Shown: positions 19,341-28,988 of the stretch, one piece after another | Layout: every line of letters begins with the position of its first letter | How positions within the stretch are numbered: position 1 is the stretch's first letter | Source: Vicinamibacteria bacterium | GTDB lineage: Bacteria > Acidobacteriota > Vicinamibacteria > Marinacidobacterales > Marinacidobacteraceae | Assembly (NCBI GenBank): GCA_963422395.1 | Contig: OY729431.1 | Coordinates: 1,376,001-1,440,000 of the forward strand | Direction: 5' to 3' | Length of the DNA stretch: 64,000 nt | Notes under the pieces: generated by a model | What the model saw: the letters and a program-made list of their open reading frames with translations, nothing else | Database searches by the model: none | What the model was told of the DNA's origin: nothing | Position numbers and translations under genes: made by a program

Positions 19341-20366
19341 ATGCTTCGATACCTCTTCAGCCTGTTCTCTCTGGACCTCGCGGTGGACCTCGGGACCGCG
19401 AACACCCTGATCTATACCCAGGATCGGGGAATCATCCTCCGCGAGCCGTCGGTCGTCGCTCTCAGCAGCTCATCGAAGAGCGTGGTGGCGGTCGGCGCCG
19501 AGGCGAACGAGATGGTCGGCAAGGCGCCGGGGCACCTCGAAGTCATCCGGCCGCTGCGGGACGGCGTGATCGCCGACTTCGAAGCGGCCGAGCGGATGAT
19601 CAGCTACTTCGTCCTCAAGGCGCTCGGCCGCCAGCGCTGGGCGGCTCCCCGTATGGTCGTGGGGGTACCGCTCGGAATCACCCCGGTGGAGCGGCGGGCG
19701 GTGCGCGACAGCATCCTGCGAGCCCGCGCGAGCGAGGTGTATCTCGTGAGCCAGCCCATCGCCGCGGCGATCGGCGCCGGCCTCGAGGTGACGAGTCCGG
19801 TCGGGTGCTGCGTCGTGGACATCGGCGGAGGGACGACCGATATCGCGGTGATCTCCCTGTCGGGCATCGCTGCCGGGATCTCGGTCCGCGCTGCCGGCGA
19901 CAGCTTCACTCGCGGGATCATGAGCGAGCTGCGCCGCAGCCGCGGCCTGTTGGTCGGCGAACGAACGGCGGAATGGATCAAGATGAAGATCGGCTGCGCG
20001 AAACCGATGGACGAGCCCCGGGATCTGGCCATTCGAGGGCGCGACCTCTCGCGGATGGTGCCGGCGACGATCACCGTGACCGACGAGGAAGTGCGCGCCG
20101 GCATGAATGTGCCCCTCCAGCAGCTGCTGCGTGCGGTGCGGGAAGTGCTGGAACAGACAGAGCCGGAGCTATCCGCCGACCTCATGGAGCACGGTATCAA
20201 ATTGACCGGAGGCGGCGCTCTCCTGCGCGGGCTTCCTGATCTGTTGGCGGAGGAGACCGGCCTGTCCATCGAGGTCGCCGAAGATCCACTGGACTGCGTG
20301 GTGAACGGGGCAGGGGTGATGCTCGAAGAAGTGGACCTGCTGCAGCAGGTCACGAAGACGACCTGA
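19341..20366 (+). CDS. mreB: Rod shape-determining protein MreB
   Basis: DLGTANT, DIGGGTT, LTGGGALL. Confidence 0.97.
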   Translation: MLRYLFSLFSLDLAVDLGTANTLIYTQDRGIILREPSVVALSSSSKSVVAVGAEANEMVGKAPGHLEVIRPLRDGVIADFEAAERMISYFVLKALGRQRWAAPRMVVGVPLGITPVERRAVRDSILRARASEVYLVSQPIAAAIGAGLEVTSPVGCCVVDIGGGTTDIAVISLSGIAAGISVRAAGDSFTRGIMSELRRSRGLLVGERTAEWIKMKIGCAKPMDEPRDLAIRGRDLSRMVPATITVTDEEVRAGMNVPLQQLLRAVREVLEQTEPELSADLMEHGIKLTGGGALLRGLPDLLAEETGLSIEVAEDPLDCVVNGAGVMLEEVDLLQQVTKTT

Positions 20367-20431
20367 CAAGAGGCCCCGGACAGGCGGCAAGGGGCCGAGC
20401 ACCCCCCCAGCAAGATATCTGAGCAAGACAG

Positions 20432-21412
20432 TTGACCCGGCGCAGGATCGAAAACGCATTGCTGGCGGCGCTGCTCACCGCGAACTTCCTCGGGCTGACT
20501 TTCCAGGTCCGCACCGGAATCGACCTGCCGGTGCGAGACGCACTCCTCACTGCGTTCTCCAGAGTCCAGAGTCTGAAGAACCGAACGACCCGTAGCGCTC
20601 GCACCTGGGCGGGAGTCGTCTGGGACGGGTGGCGGATGCGCGCGGAACGCGAGGCGCTAGCCGCGCGGGTGGCCCGGCTCGAATGGGAGCTCACGGTGCA
20701 GCGGGGCTTGCTGGTGCGGGCTCGCGGCTTCGGCGTGCTCGACGAGGCAGCATTCACCATCGGTGAACCGGTCCCGGCCGAGGTCGTCGGTGTCAGTGCG
20801 TCGCCTTTCGACAGTACTGTCACCGTGAACCGCGGCTCGTTTCACGGTATCCGCCGTGATTCTCCGGTCATGTCGCCAGCAGGGCTCGTCGGCCGGGTGG
20901 TCGCGGCAGGCGCTGCGGCCAGCCAGGTGCAACTGATCACCGGGCCTGCCGCCGCAGTGGCCTCGCTCACCGCAGAGGGGCGGGTGCGCGGCATCGTTCG
21001 CGGCGGGTCGATGGGGCTGCGTCTCGACTTCGTTTCCGCCGGCCAGCGGGTCGCGGTGGGCGAGTCGGTGATTTCGAGTGGCCTCGACGGCATATATCCG
21101 AAGGGCCTCGTCGTGGGCAAGGTGGTTCGGGTGCAGCGAGGAACAGGGATGCTGCTCGACATCGGAGTGGAATCGATGGTGGATTTCGGCTCCCTCGAGC
21201 GGGTGTTCCTCCTCCCTCCCTTCTCCGGGGTCGAGGTCCCCGAAGAATCCGAACTCGACCCGAGGCGTGAGCCGTCCGTGACCGAAACATCGAGCTGGCC
21301 CGGAGCAGCGGGGGAGCCGCTGGACTGCGGTGTCTTGCGCCCACCCCCACCCCACTCCGAAGGCCGAGCCGCACCGGCCTCGCGCCGCTCTCTCTACCGG
21401 TTGTCATGTTGA
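20432..21412 (+). CDS. mreC: Rod shape-determining protein MreC
   Basis: GLVGRV, SSGLDGIYPKGLVVG, position after mreB. Confidence 0.9.
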   Translation: MTRRRIENALLAALLTANFLGLTFQVRTGIDLPVRDALLTAFSRVQSLKNRTTRSARTWAGVVWDGWRMRAEREALAARVARLEWELTVQRGLLVRARGFGVLDEAAFTIGEPVPAEVVGVSASPFDSTVTVNRGSFHGIRRDSPVMSPAGLVGRVVAAGAAASQVQLITGPAAAVASLTAEGRVRGIVRGGSMGLRLDFVSAGQRVAVGESVISSGLDGIYPKGLVVGKVVRVQRGTGMLLDIGVESMVDFGSLERVFLLPPFSGVEVPEESELDPRREPSVTETSSWPGAAGEPLDCGVLRPPPPHSEGRAAPASRRSLYRLSC

Positions 21413-22020
21413 GCTCCGGACTGCGCCGGGACCACGCGCAGGTCCGGGCGAGACGGTACTCATCACTCCCGCGCCGGAGGACCTCCGGATGGCGTGCCGC
21501 CGGCACCGTCTTCATCCTCGTCGCCGCTTTCTTCGTCCAGACGATCCTGTTTCCGATGCTCGGAATCGAGGCGGTCGCCCCGGATTTCGTGATGGCGGCG
21601 GTGGCCGCTATCGCGCTCGTCCGCGGAATCGTTCCTGCGACCCTCCATGGCGCTGCCGGGGGCATCCTCCAGGATTCGTTTTCGGGTGGTTTGCTGGGGT
21701 TGAACGGTTTTTCCAAAACGCTCGTGGCCTTCGGCATCAGCCGGATTCGAGAAGATCCGCTGGTGGGGCCTTCCCTCGGAGTGACTGCCTCGTCCCTGCT
21801 CATCCTGGCCGGTGCGTTGGCCGACGCCGTGTTCCTGTGGGGGCTCCGCCTGCTCACCGGATCGCCGCCGGTCCCTGCCGGCCGTTGGGTCGCCTTCGGG
21901 CTCGGTTTGCCGTTCACCGTAGCTGCGGGGGTCGTGATTTTCCGGGCATCGACTCGCACCGAACGCTCCGGCCGGGGGAGTCCCGGAAGCGGCGCGCGGA
22001 ACACCCATGAGCAGCGCTGA
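21406..22020 (+). CDS. mreD: Rod shape-determining protein MreD
   Basis: Hydrophobic, PDF and GILQDSFSG...G motifs, synteny. Start uncertain. Confidence 0.85.
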   Translation: MLSSGLRRDHAQVRARRYSSLPRRRTSGWRAAGTVFILVAAFFVQTILFPMLGIEAVAPDFVMAAVAAIALVRGIVPATLHGAAGGILQDSFSGGLLGLNGFSKTLVAFGISRIREDPLVGPSLGVTASSLLILAGALADAVFLWGLRLLTGSPPVPAGRWVAFGLGLPFTVAAGVVIFRASTRTERSGRGSPGSGARNTHEQR

Positions 22021-23767
22021 TCAACGCTCTCGGATCCGCAGGCGGCTCCTGCTGTTCCGGTACCCCCTCGGAGCGGTGATTCTGCTGTTGGCGTTTCGTT
22101 TCTGGCACTTGCAGATCGTGCGCGGGGCGGAGTTCTCCGAGATCGCCCAGGATAACTATCTGCAGACCGAGCGCCGGCGGGCGCCCCGCGGCCTCGTGCT
22201 CGACCGGCAGGGGCGAATTCTCGCGGAGAGCGAGCCCTCCTTCGCCCTCCTCGCTGACAGCGACGGTCTCCGGCAACTGGAAGCGATCGGCCAACTGTCC
22301 GCCGACCCGGAGGAAATGTCCGAGCTCCGCACCCGTGCCGCCCGGGGACCGACCGTGGTTCGATCGAGGATCGGTTTCGCGGACGCCGCCTTCTTCGAAG
22401 CACGAGCACGAGAACTCTCCGGAGTGCAGGTGGATTTCGTTCCGATGCGGCGCTACCCGCTCGGGAAGGCCGCGGCCCACCTCGTCGGCTACACCGGGGA
22501 AGTCACCGGCGCCCAACTGCTGCTCGAGGAGTTCGCTGCCTACGCGCCCCGCGACATCGTCGGCCAGAGCGGCATCGAGCGCGCCTACAACGCGCAGCTC
22601 GTCGGTTCCGACGGTTACTTCGACCGCGTCGTGGACAGCCGACAGCGGATGCTGGAGGCGAGCGGGTGGCGCATCGAACCGATGCGAGGGCAGACGCTGC
22701 GGCTCGGGGTCAGCGCGGCGATCCAGGAGGCGGCGCTCGCTGCCTTCGGAGATCGGGCCGGCGCTTTCGTGGCGATCGAGGTCGGGACCGGAGAAATCGT
22801 GGGCCTCGCCAGTTACCCGGCCCATGCTCCCCGCGAGTTCCAGACCGACGAGAATGCCTTCCGCGCGCTGCGCCGCGACCCGCGAAGCCCGCTGCTCAAC
22901 CGGGCCGTCGGAGGGCGCTATCCGCCCGGTTCTGCTTTCAAACTGGTGACTGCCGCGGCAGCGCTCGCCGAGGGGGTCGCGGGCCCGGACACCCGATTTC
23001 TCTGCCGGGGGCAAGCCCGGGTGGCGGGGCGCACTTTCCGCTGTCATCGCGCATCGGGGCACGGGCTCTTGACGCTCCGGGAGGCGATCTCCGCATCTTG
23101 CAATGTGTTTTTCTACCGGCTGTCCGAGTTGCTCGATGTGGATGTGATCGCCGCCTACGCGCGGGAGTTCGGCTTGGGTGAACCGACCGGGGTCGACCTG
23201 CCGCACGAGACTGCCGGACTCGTCCCCACCCGCGAGTGGAAGCGCCGGGCTACCGGGGAACGCTGGTATGCCAGCGAAACGGCATCGGTAGCGGTGGGAC
23301 AGGGCGCGCTTCAGGTCACCCCGATCCAGATGGCGCGTCTGACCGCTGCGTTCGCTTCTTCGGGTGACCTTCCCGCGCCGCGGCTGGTGTCGCCGGCCCG
23401 ATCCGGACGGATCGAACGGGTGTCCGCCCAGCACTTCGAGATGATCCGCGCCGGAATGCGGGATGCCGTTCTGACCGGGACCGCCTGGCGGGCCCGGGTT
23501 CCCGGGCTCACGATCGCCGGGAAGACCGGGACGGCGCAGGTCGCGAGCTTGGATCGGGTCGCTGCCAGGGATGAGGACCGGGCCCCGATGTTCCGGAACC
23601 ACGCCTGGTTCGTGGGGTTCGCTCCGTTCGAAGCGCCGGAGGTCGTAGTCGCGGTCGTGGTCGAACACGGCGGCTCCGGCGGGGCGGCGGCCGCCCCAAT
23701 CGGGCGTGCGATCCTGGCCGCCTGGTCCACGGCCCTTCCGGTCGGGGACGGGGAGCTCACCCCGTGA
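22007..23767 (+). CDS. mrdA: Penicillin-binding protein 2
   Basis: YPPGSAFK (SxxK), SCN, KTGTAQ. Confidence 0.93.
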   Translation: MSSADQRSRIRRRLLLFRYPLGAVILLLAFRFWHLQIVRGAEFSEIAQDNYLQTERRRAPRGLVLDRQGRILAESEPSFALLADSDGLRQLEAIGQLSADPEEMSELRTRAARGPTVVRSRIGFADAAFFEARARELSGVQVDFVPMRRYPLGKAAAHLVGYTGEVTGAQLLLEEFAAYAPRDIVGQSGIERAYNAQLVGSDGYFDRVVDSRQRMLEASGWRIEPMRGQTLRLGVSAAIQEAALAAFGDRAGAFVAIEVGTGEIVGLASYPAHAPREFQTDENAFRALRRDPRSPLLNRAVGGRYPPGSAFKLVTAAAALAEGVAGPDTRFLCRGQARVAGRTFRCHRASGHGLLTLREAISASCNVFFYRLSELLDVDVIAAYAREFGLGEPTGVDLPHETAGLVPTREWKRRATGERWYASETASVAVGQGALQVTPIQMARLTAAFASSGDLPAPRLVSPARSGRIERVSAQHFEMIRAGMRDAVLTGTAWRARVPGLTIAGKTGTAQVASLDRVAARDEDRAPMFRNHAWFVGFAPFEAPEVVVAVVVEHGGSGGAAAAPIGRAILAAWSTALPVGDGELTP

Positions 23768-24882
23768 GGCGGTCCTCTCCGCCGACGCCGTGGCGTCTGG
23801 GCATCGATCGGCCGCTGCTGGTTTCGGCTGCGGCCCTGGTGCTGATCGCCGTTGCGGCACAGGTGAGTGCGCTTCGCGCGATCGAATCCTCGGTCGGCGT
23901 TTGGGATCACTTGGCGCGGTTGGGCACGGCGGTGGTGGTGGGCCTCGTCGCCTACCGCACCGACCACCGGCGGCTGGCCCGATTTTCACCGGTGTTCTTC
24001 CTCGCGGCGCTCGCCCTCAGTGTCTATGCGAACCTCGCTGCGGCCCTGCGCGCGGGAACGCGCCGCTGGCTCGACTTCGGGGTGGCGAGTCTCCAACCCG
24101 GTGAGATGGCCAAGATATGCCTCGTACTGCTGTTCGCCTACCTGATCGTCCGGATGAGCCGCGAATCGCTGAGCCGGCGTACGGCTGTCAGCTGGCTGGT
24201 CGCGGCGGCCGCACTGGTTCTGGCAGTGGCGGCTCAGCCGGATCTCGGAAGCGCGGCGATTCTCGTCGGCATCGGCGCCGGGATGGTCTTCCTCGCTGGC
24301 CTGCCGCTGTCCTGGAACCGGATCTGGCCTGCAGCCGTCGTCACCGTGACGGGGATGCCCCTCCTCTGGTTCTTCGGACTCCGCGACTACCAGCGGCTTC
24401 GCGTCCTCGCGTTCCTGAATCCCGAAAGCGACCCGCTCGGCTCCGGCTATCAGATGCTCCAGGCTTCCATCGCGGTGGGTTCGGGGGGATTTTGGGGCAC
24501 GGGATGGCTTCAGGGGTCGCAGACCGCGTATCGCTTCCTGCCCGCGCCGCATACCGACTTCGTGTTCGCGGTGATCGCGGAGGAGTTCGGCTTCGTCGGG
24601 GTCAGCGTGGTGCTGGCGCTGTTTTGGTTCTTCGGACTCCGGCTGCTACGGATCGCGGTGCAATCTGCCGACAACAAGGATCCGCTCGGCGCGCTGATCG
24701 TCGGCGGACTCTTCTGCATGCTCTTCCTGCAAGCGCTCTACAACATCGCCATGGTCGCAGGGCTCGTCCCGATCAAGGGATTCCCGCTCCCCTTCATGAG
24801 CTATGGAGGCAACTCGCTGCTCATCACCGCGGCCGCGGTCGGGCTTGCGGCCTCGGTGCGGCGGCGCGCCTTCCTGACCTGA
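23764..24882 (+). CDS. rodA: SEDS peptidoglycan polymerase RodA
   Basis: LQPGE, QPDLG, HTDFVF, LPFMSYGG. Confidence 0.93.
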   Translation: MRRSSPPTPWRLGIDRPLLVSAAALVLIAVAAQVSALRAIESSVGVWDHLARLGTAVVVGLVAYRTDHRRLARFSPVFFLAALALSVYANLAAALRAGTRRWLDFGVASLQPGEMAKICLVLLFAYLIVRMSRESLSRRTAVSWLVAAAALVLAVAAQPDLGSAAILVGIGAGMVFLAGLPLSWNRIWPAAVVTVTGMPLLWFFGLRDYQRLRVLAFLNPESDPLGSGYQMLQASIAVGSGGFWGTGWLQGSQTAYRFLPAPHTDFVFAVIAEEFGFVGVSVVLALFWFFGLRLLRIAVQSADNKDPLGALIVGGLFCMLFLQALYNIAMVAGLVPIKGFPLPFMSYGGNSLLITAAAVGLAASVRRRAFLT

Positions 24883-24967
24883 TCCTCTCCGGGCTCATGC
24901 CTCCGGCTGGCGTGTTACGGTTTCCGGGCAATCGCGGGCGTGGGTCCCCGCAAGGCTTGCGCGCTTC

Positions 24968-26593
24968 GTGAATCGGGAACTCATCGTCAGTACTCTGCCC
25001 GGACAGACCCGGATGGCGCTCGTCGAAGACGGCGAGATCGTGGAACTCGGGGTGGAGCAACGCGCCGAACAGAGCGTTCTGCACGGCATCTACCGCGCCC
25101 GGGTGCAGCGCCTGGTCCCGGGCACCCAGGCCGCCTTCCTGGATCTCGGCATGCCTCGGAACGCGTTCTTGCAGATCGATCAGATCCCTGCGGGCGCCCT
25201 CGAGCTGGCTTCCGGACTCGCTGGTGACGGTGATCCGCGGAAGCCCCAGGGTCCGGAAGCGGCCGGAACAGCGGAGGGTCGAGAGAAAACGAGCCTGCGC
25301 GGACATCGGATCGAAGACTTGCTGCGCCCCGGACAGACGGTCCTGGTGCAGGTCATTCGGGAACCACTGGGCCTGAAAGGGTGGAAGGTCAGTTGTGATC
25401 TGAAACTCCAGGGGCGCTTTTTCGACTTTCGTCCTCTGATACCGACCGAGATCATCGTTTCGCGGGCGACCTCGGGGCTCCGCGAGCAGCTGCGTCTCGC
25501 CGCGCTCGTCGAGCGAAAAACCACGCTCAAGGGGGAATGGTCGGCTCGACCGACCGCGGAGCAGCGAGACGAGGAAACGCTCACCGCCGACATCACCCGT
25601 CTGGAAGCCGACTGGACGGAGGTCGCCCGGGAGGGGAACTCCGGCCCCCCGACCTGCCTGCGTGCCGAGATCCCCATGGTTTTCCGCGTTGTCCGCGATG
25701 TGCTGTCCTCGGGCTTCAGCGCGATCCGGGTGGATTCCGAGGAGCTCTACGGGCGGCTCGTGAATTTCATCCGTCAGTTCCTTCCCGGGATGGAGCACCG
25801 GATCCGGCACTACTCGAAGAACTATCCGATCTTCGACGAGTACGGAGCCGGGGCGGCGTTCGATCAGGCCACCCGCCGCCGCGTCAAACTCCCTTCGGGG
25901 GGAAGCATCGTCATCGACCAGACCGAAGCGTTGGTCGCCGTGGATGTGAATAGCGGCAGCTTCGGTGGAGATGGCGGCGAGCGCGACGAAAACAGCACTC
26001 TCACGAACCTCGAAGCGGCCGCGGAAGTCGTTCGCCAGCTGCGGCTGCGCGGTCTCGGCGGAATCATCGTGGTCGATTTCATCGACATGAAGGAAGGGCG
26101 GAACCGCGACCGGGTTTTCCGCGCGCTTCGGGAGCAGCTGCGGAAGGATCCCGCCTTCACCCGGGTATCCCCGCCGGAACCGCGCGCCGGACTCGTCGTG
26201 ATCACGAGGCAGCGGGAGCGCCCGGCGCTCGACACCGGACTTCTCGCCTCGTGCCCCGCCTGCCGCGGATTCGGCAAGGTTCCTTCGCTCGGCGCGGTCT
26301 GTCAGGAAATCCTGACCCGGGCACAGAAGAAGGCCGGAGAATTTTCTTCGGGACTCCTGGTCCGCGCGGCGCCGGAAGTGGCAGCTGCCCTTCGTCGCTC
26401 GGCGGTGCTCCCCGAGGTGCGGCAGGTCATCGGCGGAGAGGTTCGGATCGAGGACGCTCCGACACTCCCAGAGCCGCAGTTCCGCTTGTTGCCCGGCGAT
26501 ACGGAAGCAGCGGCCCCGGGTCTCCACCCGACGCCAGATCCGTCCGTCGGGCTCTCGCCCCAGCCTTCGCCAGCCGTCCCGCCTTCCGCCTGA
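24968..26593 (+). CDS. Rne/Rng family ribonuclease
   Basis: S1 domain, IDQTEALVAVDVNSG, GGIIVVDFIDM, CPAC zinc link. Confidence 0.92.
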   Translation: MNRELIVSTLPGQTRMALVEDGEIVELGVEQRAEQSVLHGIYRARVQRLVPGTQAAFLDLGMPRNAFLQIDQIPAGALELASGLAGDGDPRKPQGPEAAGTAEGREKTSLRGHRIEDLLRPGQTVLVQVIREPLGLKGWKVSCDLKLQGRFFDFRPLIPTEIIVSRATSGLREQLRLAALVERKTTLKGEWSARPTAEQRDEETLTADITRLEADWTEVAREGNSGPPTCLRAEIPMVFRVVRDVLSSGFSAIRVDSEELYGRLVNFIRQFLPGMEHRIRHYSKNYPIFDEYGAGAAFDQATRRRVKLPSGGSIVIDQTEALVAVDVNSGSFGGDGGERDENSTLTNLEAAAEVVRQLRLRGLGGIIVVDFIDMKEGRNRDRVFRALREQLRKDPAFTRVSPPEPRAGLVVITRQRERPALDTGLLASCPACRGFGKVPSLGAVCQEILTRAQKKAGEFSSGLLVRAAPEVAAALRRSAVLPEVRQVIGGEVRIEDAPTLPEPQFRLLPGDTEAAAPGLHPTPDPSVGLSPQPSPAVPPSA

Positions 26594-26612
26594 GACCGCT
26601 GCGGGATTCCCC

Positions 26613-27047
26613 TTGACCGTCCGCCTCGATGTCGAAACGCGGATCGAGTGGGTCGAGGTCCTGCTCGGCGTGTTCGAGCGCCGCTGCCTGCAGTGCGGCC
26701 ACGACCCCGACGCCGTCCACTGGATGGGGGCCGCGGTGCGCGAGGCGGTGACCAACGGAATGCGGCACGGCAACCGGATGGACCCGGCCCGACGGCTCCG
26801 CGTCGCGATCGAAACCCGGCATCCCGGGAACGGCGAACCCGCGGTGGAAGTAGCGGTCGAAGACGAAGGCGAGGGCTTCGACGATGCTTCGGTGCCCGAC
26901 CCGCTGCTCGAGGACAACCTCCTGAAAGACAGCGGCCGCGGCATCTTCTTCATGCGTCGATTCATGGACCGGGTCACCTGGACCCGGGCGCCCGGAGGCG
27001 GAACCCGAGTGCTGCTCGAACAGCGGCGAGTATCGCCGGCTTCGTGA
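26613..27047 (+). CDS. RsbW-like anti-sigma factor Ser/Thr kinase (HATPase)
   Basis: EAVTNGMRHGN, DEGEGF, GRGIFFM. Confidence 0.9.
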   Translation: MTVRLDVETRIEWVEVLLGVFERRCLQCGHDPDAVHWMGAAVREAVTNGMRHGNRMDPARRLRVAIETRHPGNGEPAVEVAVEDEGEGFDDASVPDPLLEDNLLKDSGRGIFFMRRFMDRVTWTRAPGGGTRVLLEQRRVSPAS

Positions 27048-27868
27048 AGACTCCCGCCGGTCGGGCGTGCGTCGGGGCCGCCGAGGCGGGGGCGGAGGTC
27101 GTTCGCGAGGCCCACACCGCCCGGCAGTCGAGGACTTTCGCGGTGGATCTCAAGGGGCCCATCGACCTGGTGACCGAGGTGGACCGTGCCGCCGAGGATG
27201 CCGTCGTGGAGCAGTTGCGGAAATTCTTTCCCGAAGTGCCCATCCTGGCCGAAGAGCGCGGCCTCCTGGGCGGTTCTCGCACCGACTGCCGCTTCCTCGT
27301 GGACCCCCTCGACGGCACGACGAATTTCGCCCACGGGTTCCCGGTCTTCGCCGTGTCGGTGGCTTACGAAGAAGAGGGAGAAGTCATCGCCGGCGCAGTG
27401 CTCGATCCGGTGCGGAACGAACTCTTCGCTGCCGAGCGCGGGGAGGGCGCGATGCTCGACGGTGCTCCGATCCGGGTTTCCCCGACTGCCGATTTCCAAA
27501 GCGCGCTCCTCGCTACCGGGTTTCCGTACTCGAGGGAAGCGATGGACCGCGCACTCGCGCTGTTCTGCCGGATCATGCGCAACGCGCGGTCGGTCCGACG
27601 CGCTGGATCGGCGGCGCTCGATCTCTGCGCGGTGGCGGCCGGCCGGCTCGACGGATTCTGGGAAGAAACGCTCCGGGCGTGGGATACCGCCGCCGGCGAA
27701 CTCATCGTGCGCGAAGCGGGAGGCCGGGTGACCGACTTCGTCGGCGACCCTTTCGTGAACGGCGGGCCGAACATCGCGGTGTCGAACGGCCGCCTCCACA
27801 GCGCGCTTCTCGACATGCTGTCTAGTGCGCGCGTCCCTTCTCCGATTTCTCAGCAGCCTGTGGGATGA
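27044..27868 (+). CDS. suhB: Inositol monophosphatase (SuhB family)
   Basis: DLVTEVD, DPLDGTTNF, GSAALDL, WDTAAG. GTGA overlap start. Confidence 0.9.
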   Translation: MKTPAGRACVGAAEAGAEVVREAHTARQSRTFAVDLKGPIDLVTEVDRAAEDAVVEQLRKFFPEVPILAEERGLLGGSRTDCRFLVDPLDGTTNFAHGFPVFAVSVAYEEEGEVIAGAVLDPVRNELFAAERGEGAMLDGAPIRVSPTADFQSALLATGFPYSREAMDRALALFCRIMRNARSVRRAGSAALDLCAVAAGRLDGFWEETLRAWDTAAGELIVREAGGRVTDFVGDPFVNGGPNIAVSNGRLHSALLDMLSSARVPSPISQQPVG

Positions 27869-27981
27869 AGCGGCGCGCGCCGCCGCCGGGCGAGGATCTC
27901 TCTTCTCCCTCCACGAGACGACAACGAGCCTGAAGAAAGCTCGGGGGATTGCGAAGGGATTCGGTCTTCGGCCCGGGGCTG
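27854..27981 (+). repeat. Degenerate MITE copy overlapping the suhB 3' end
   Basis: CAGCCTGTGGGATGAAGCGGCGCG left end, weak right end CTTCGGCCCGGGGCTG. Confidence 0.5.
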
Positions 27982-28011
27982 CTGCCTGTGAAGTCTGTGT
28001 CTTCCCGAGGC

Positions 28012-28785
28012 TCAGAAGCGGAAGCGAACGCCGAAGAGGGCGCCCGACCGCCCCAGGGTCAGGTCGCCGAATCCCTTGAAGCCGTCCTGATGTTCTCCGG
28101 CTGACCGGGCATAGCGGAACTCGCCGAAGAGTTCCAGCCTTTGCCCGTCGGGCCGGCGAACGATCGCGAAATCGGCGCCCCCTCCGGCGAAGAACCCGGG
28201 CAGGAACGATCTTTCCTGGAACTCGTCGTAGAAGATGTCGCTGGTTTCGAAATCCACGAACTCGCCGACTTCCGAATACTCATAGAGCGCTCCCGAAAAC
28301 CCCGCCAGCAGATACGGGCGAAAGAGCGCCGAAGCCGGCGCGAGCCCGATCCGGACGCCGAGAGTCAGATCTTGGAGCGTGAGGCTCGCGTCGTGTTCGA
28401 TTTCGGAACCGTCCTCGTACGTGAGGTCGAGGTACGAAGCGGTCGTGTCTGCGTTCCCCGACTCGTAACCGAGCAGGATGTCCACTTGGGGAACGACTGC
28501 GTAGTGGAATTCGATTCCGTAGCGGGCAGCGAGGAAATCGCGGGCGGTGGTCCCGAAATCGTATTCGTTGTCATCGAACAGCGGGCTCTGGATGTGGAGT
28601 GCCCGATAGCCGGTGTGGAACGAGATGCCCCATCGGGGAGTGGAGGCGCGGCTCGATGAGCGGTCGGGATATCCGCCGCGGCGGGGGGGCTGTCCCGCGG
28701 CCTCGGAGGCCTGGACTGCGGCTGCCGGCAGGAGCGCCAGCAGGACGAGGAAGAGGCGGAGAGTGCGCGGCAGGTCGAAGAGCAT
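28012..28785 (-). CDS. Outer membrane beta-barrel protein
   Basis: Signal peptide, alternating beta strands, C-terminal GVRFRF. Confidence 0.75.
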   Translation of the reverse strand: MLFDLPRTLRLFLVLLALLPAAAVQASEAAGQPPRRGGYPDRSSSRASTPRWGISFHTGYRALHIQSPLFDDNEYDFGTTARDFLAARYGIEFHYAVVPQVDILLGYESGNADTTASYLDLTYEDGSEIEHDASLTLQDLTLGVRIGLAPASALFRPYLLAGFSGALYEYSEVGEFVDFETSDIFYDEFQERSFLPGFFAGGGADFAIVRRPDGQRLELFGEFRYARSAGEHQDGFKGFGDLTLGRSGALFGVRFRF

Positions 28786-28988
28786 GAGTCGTTGTCCTTT
28801 GGAGTCGGTTTGCGTTGGGATCGGAGTTGCTTCTTGAGAGCGCGTTTCGCGATGCCTGTCGTGATTCCGGTGTGATGCCGCAATGAGCGTGCCACGCAAT
28901 GCGCCGAGGGAGGGAACGATACCGCTGGGACCCGCGTTATATTCGTGTCGTTCCCACCGGGCGGTGTCTTGTCCAGGAGGCGTTTTCC

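Noticed and set aside
17705-27799. Very long alternative ORFs (e.g. 17705..20239 +, 21914..23989 -, 24824..27799 -)
   Set aside because: Antisense or off-frame shadows of well-supported genes, expected at high GC, with no recognisable motifs.
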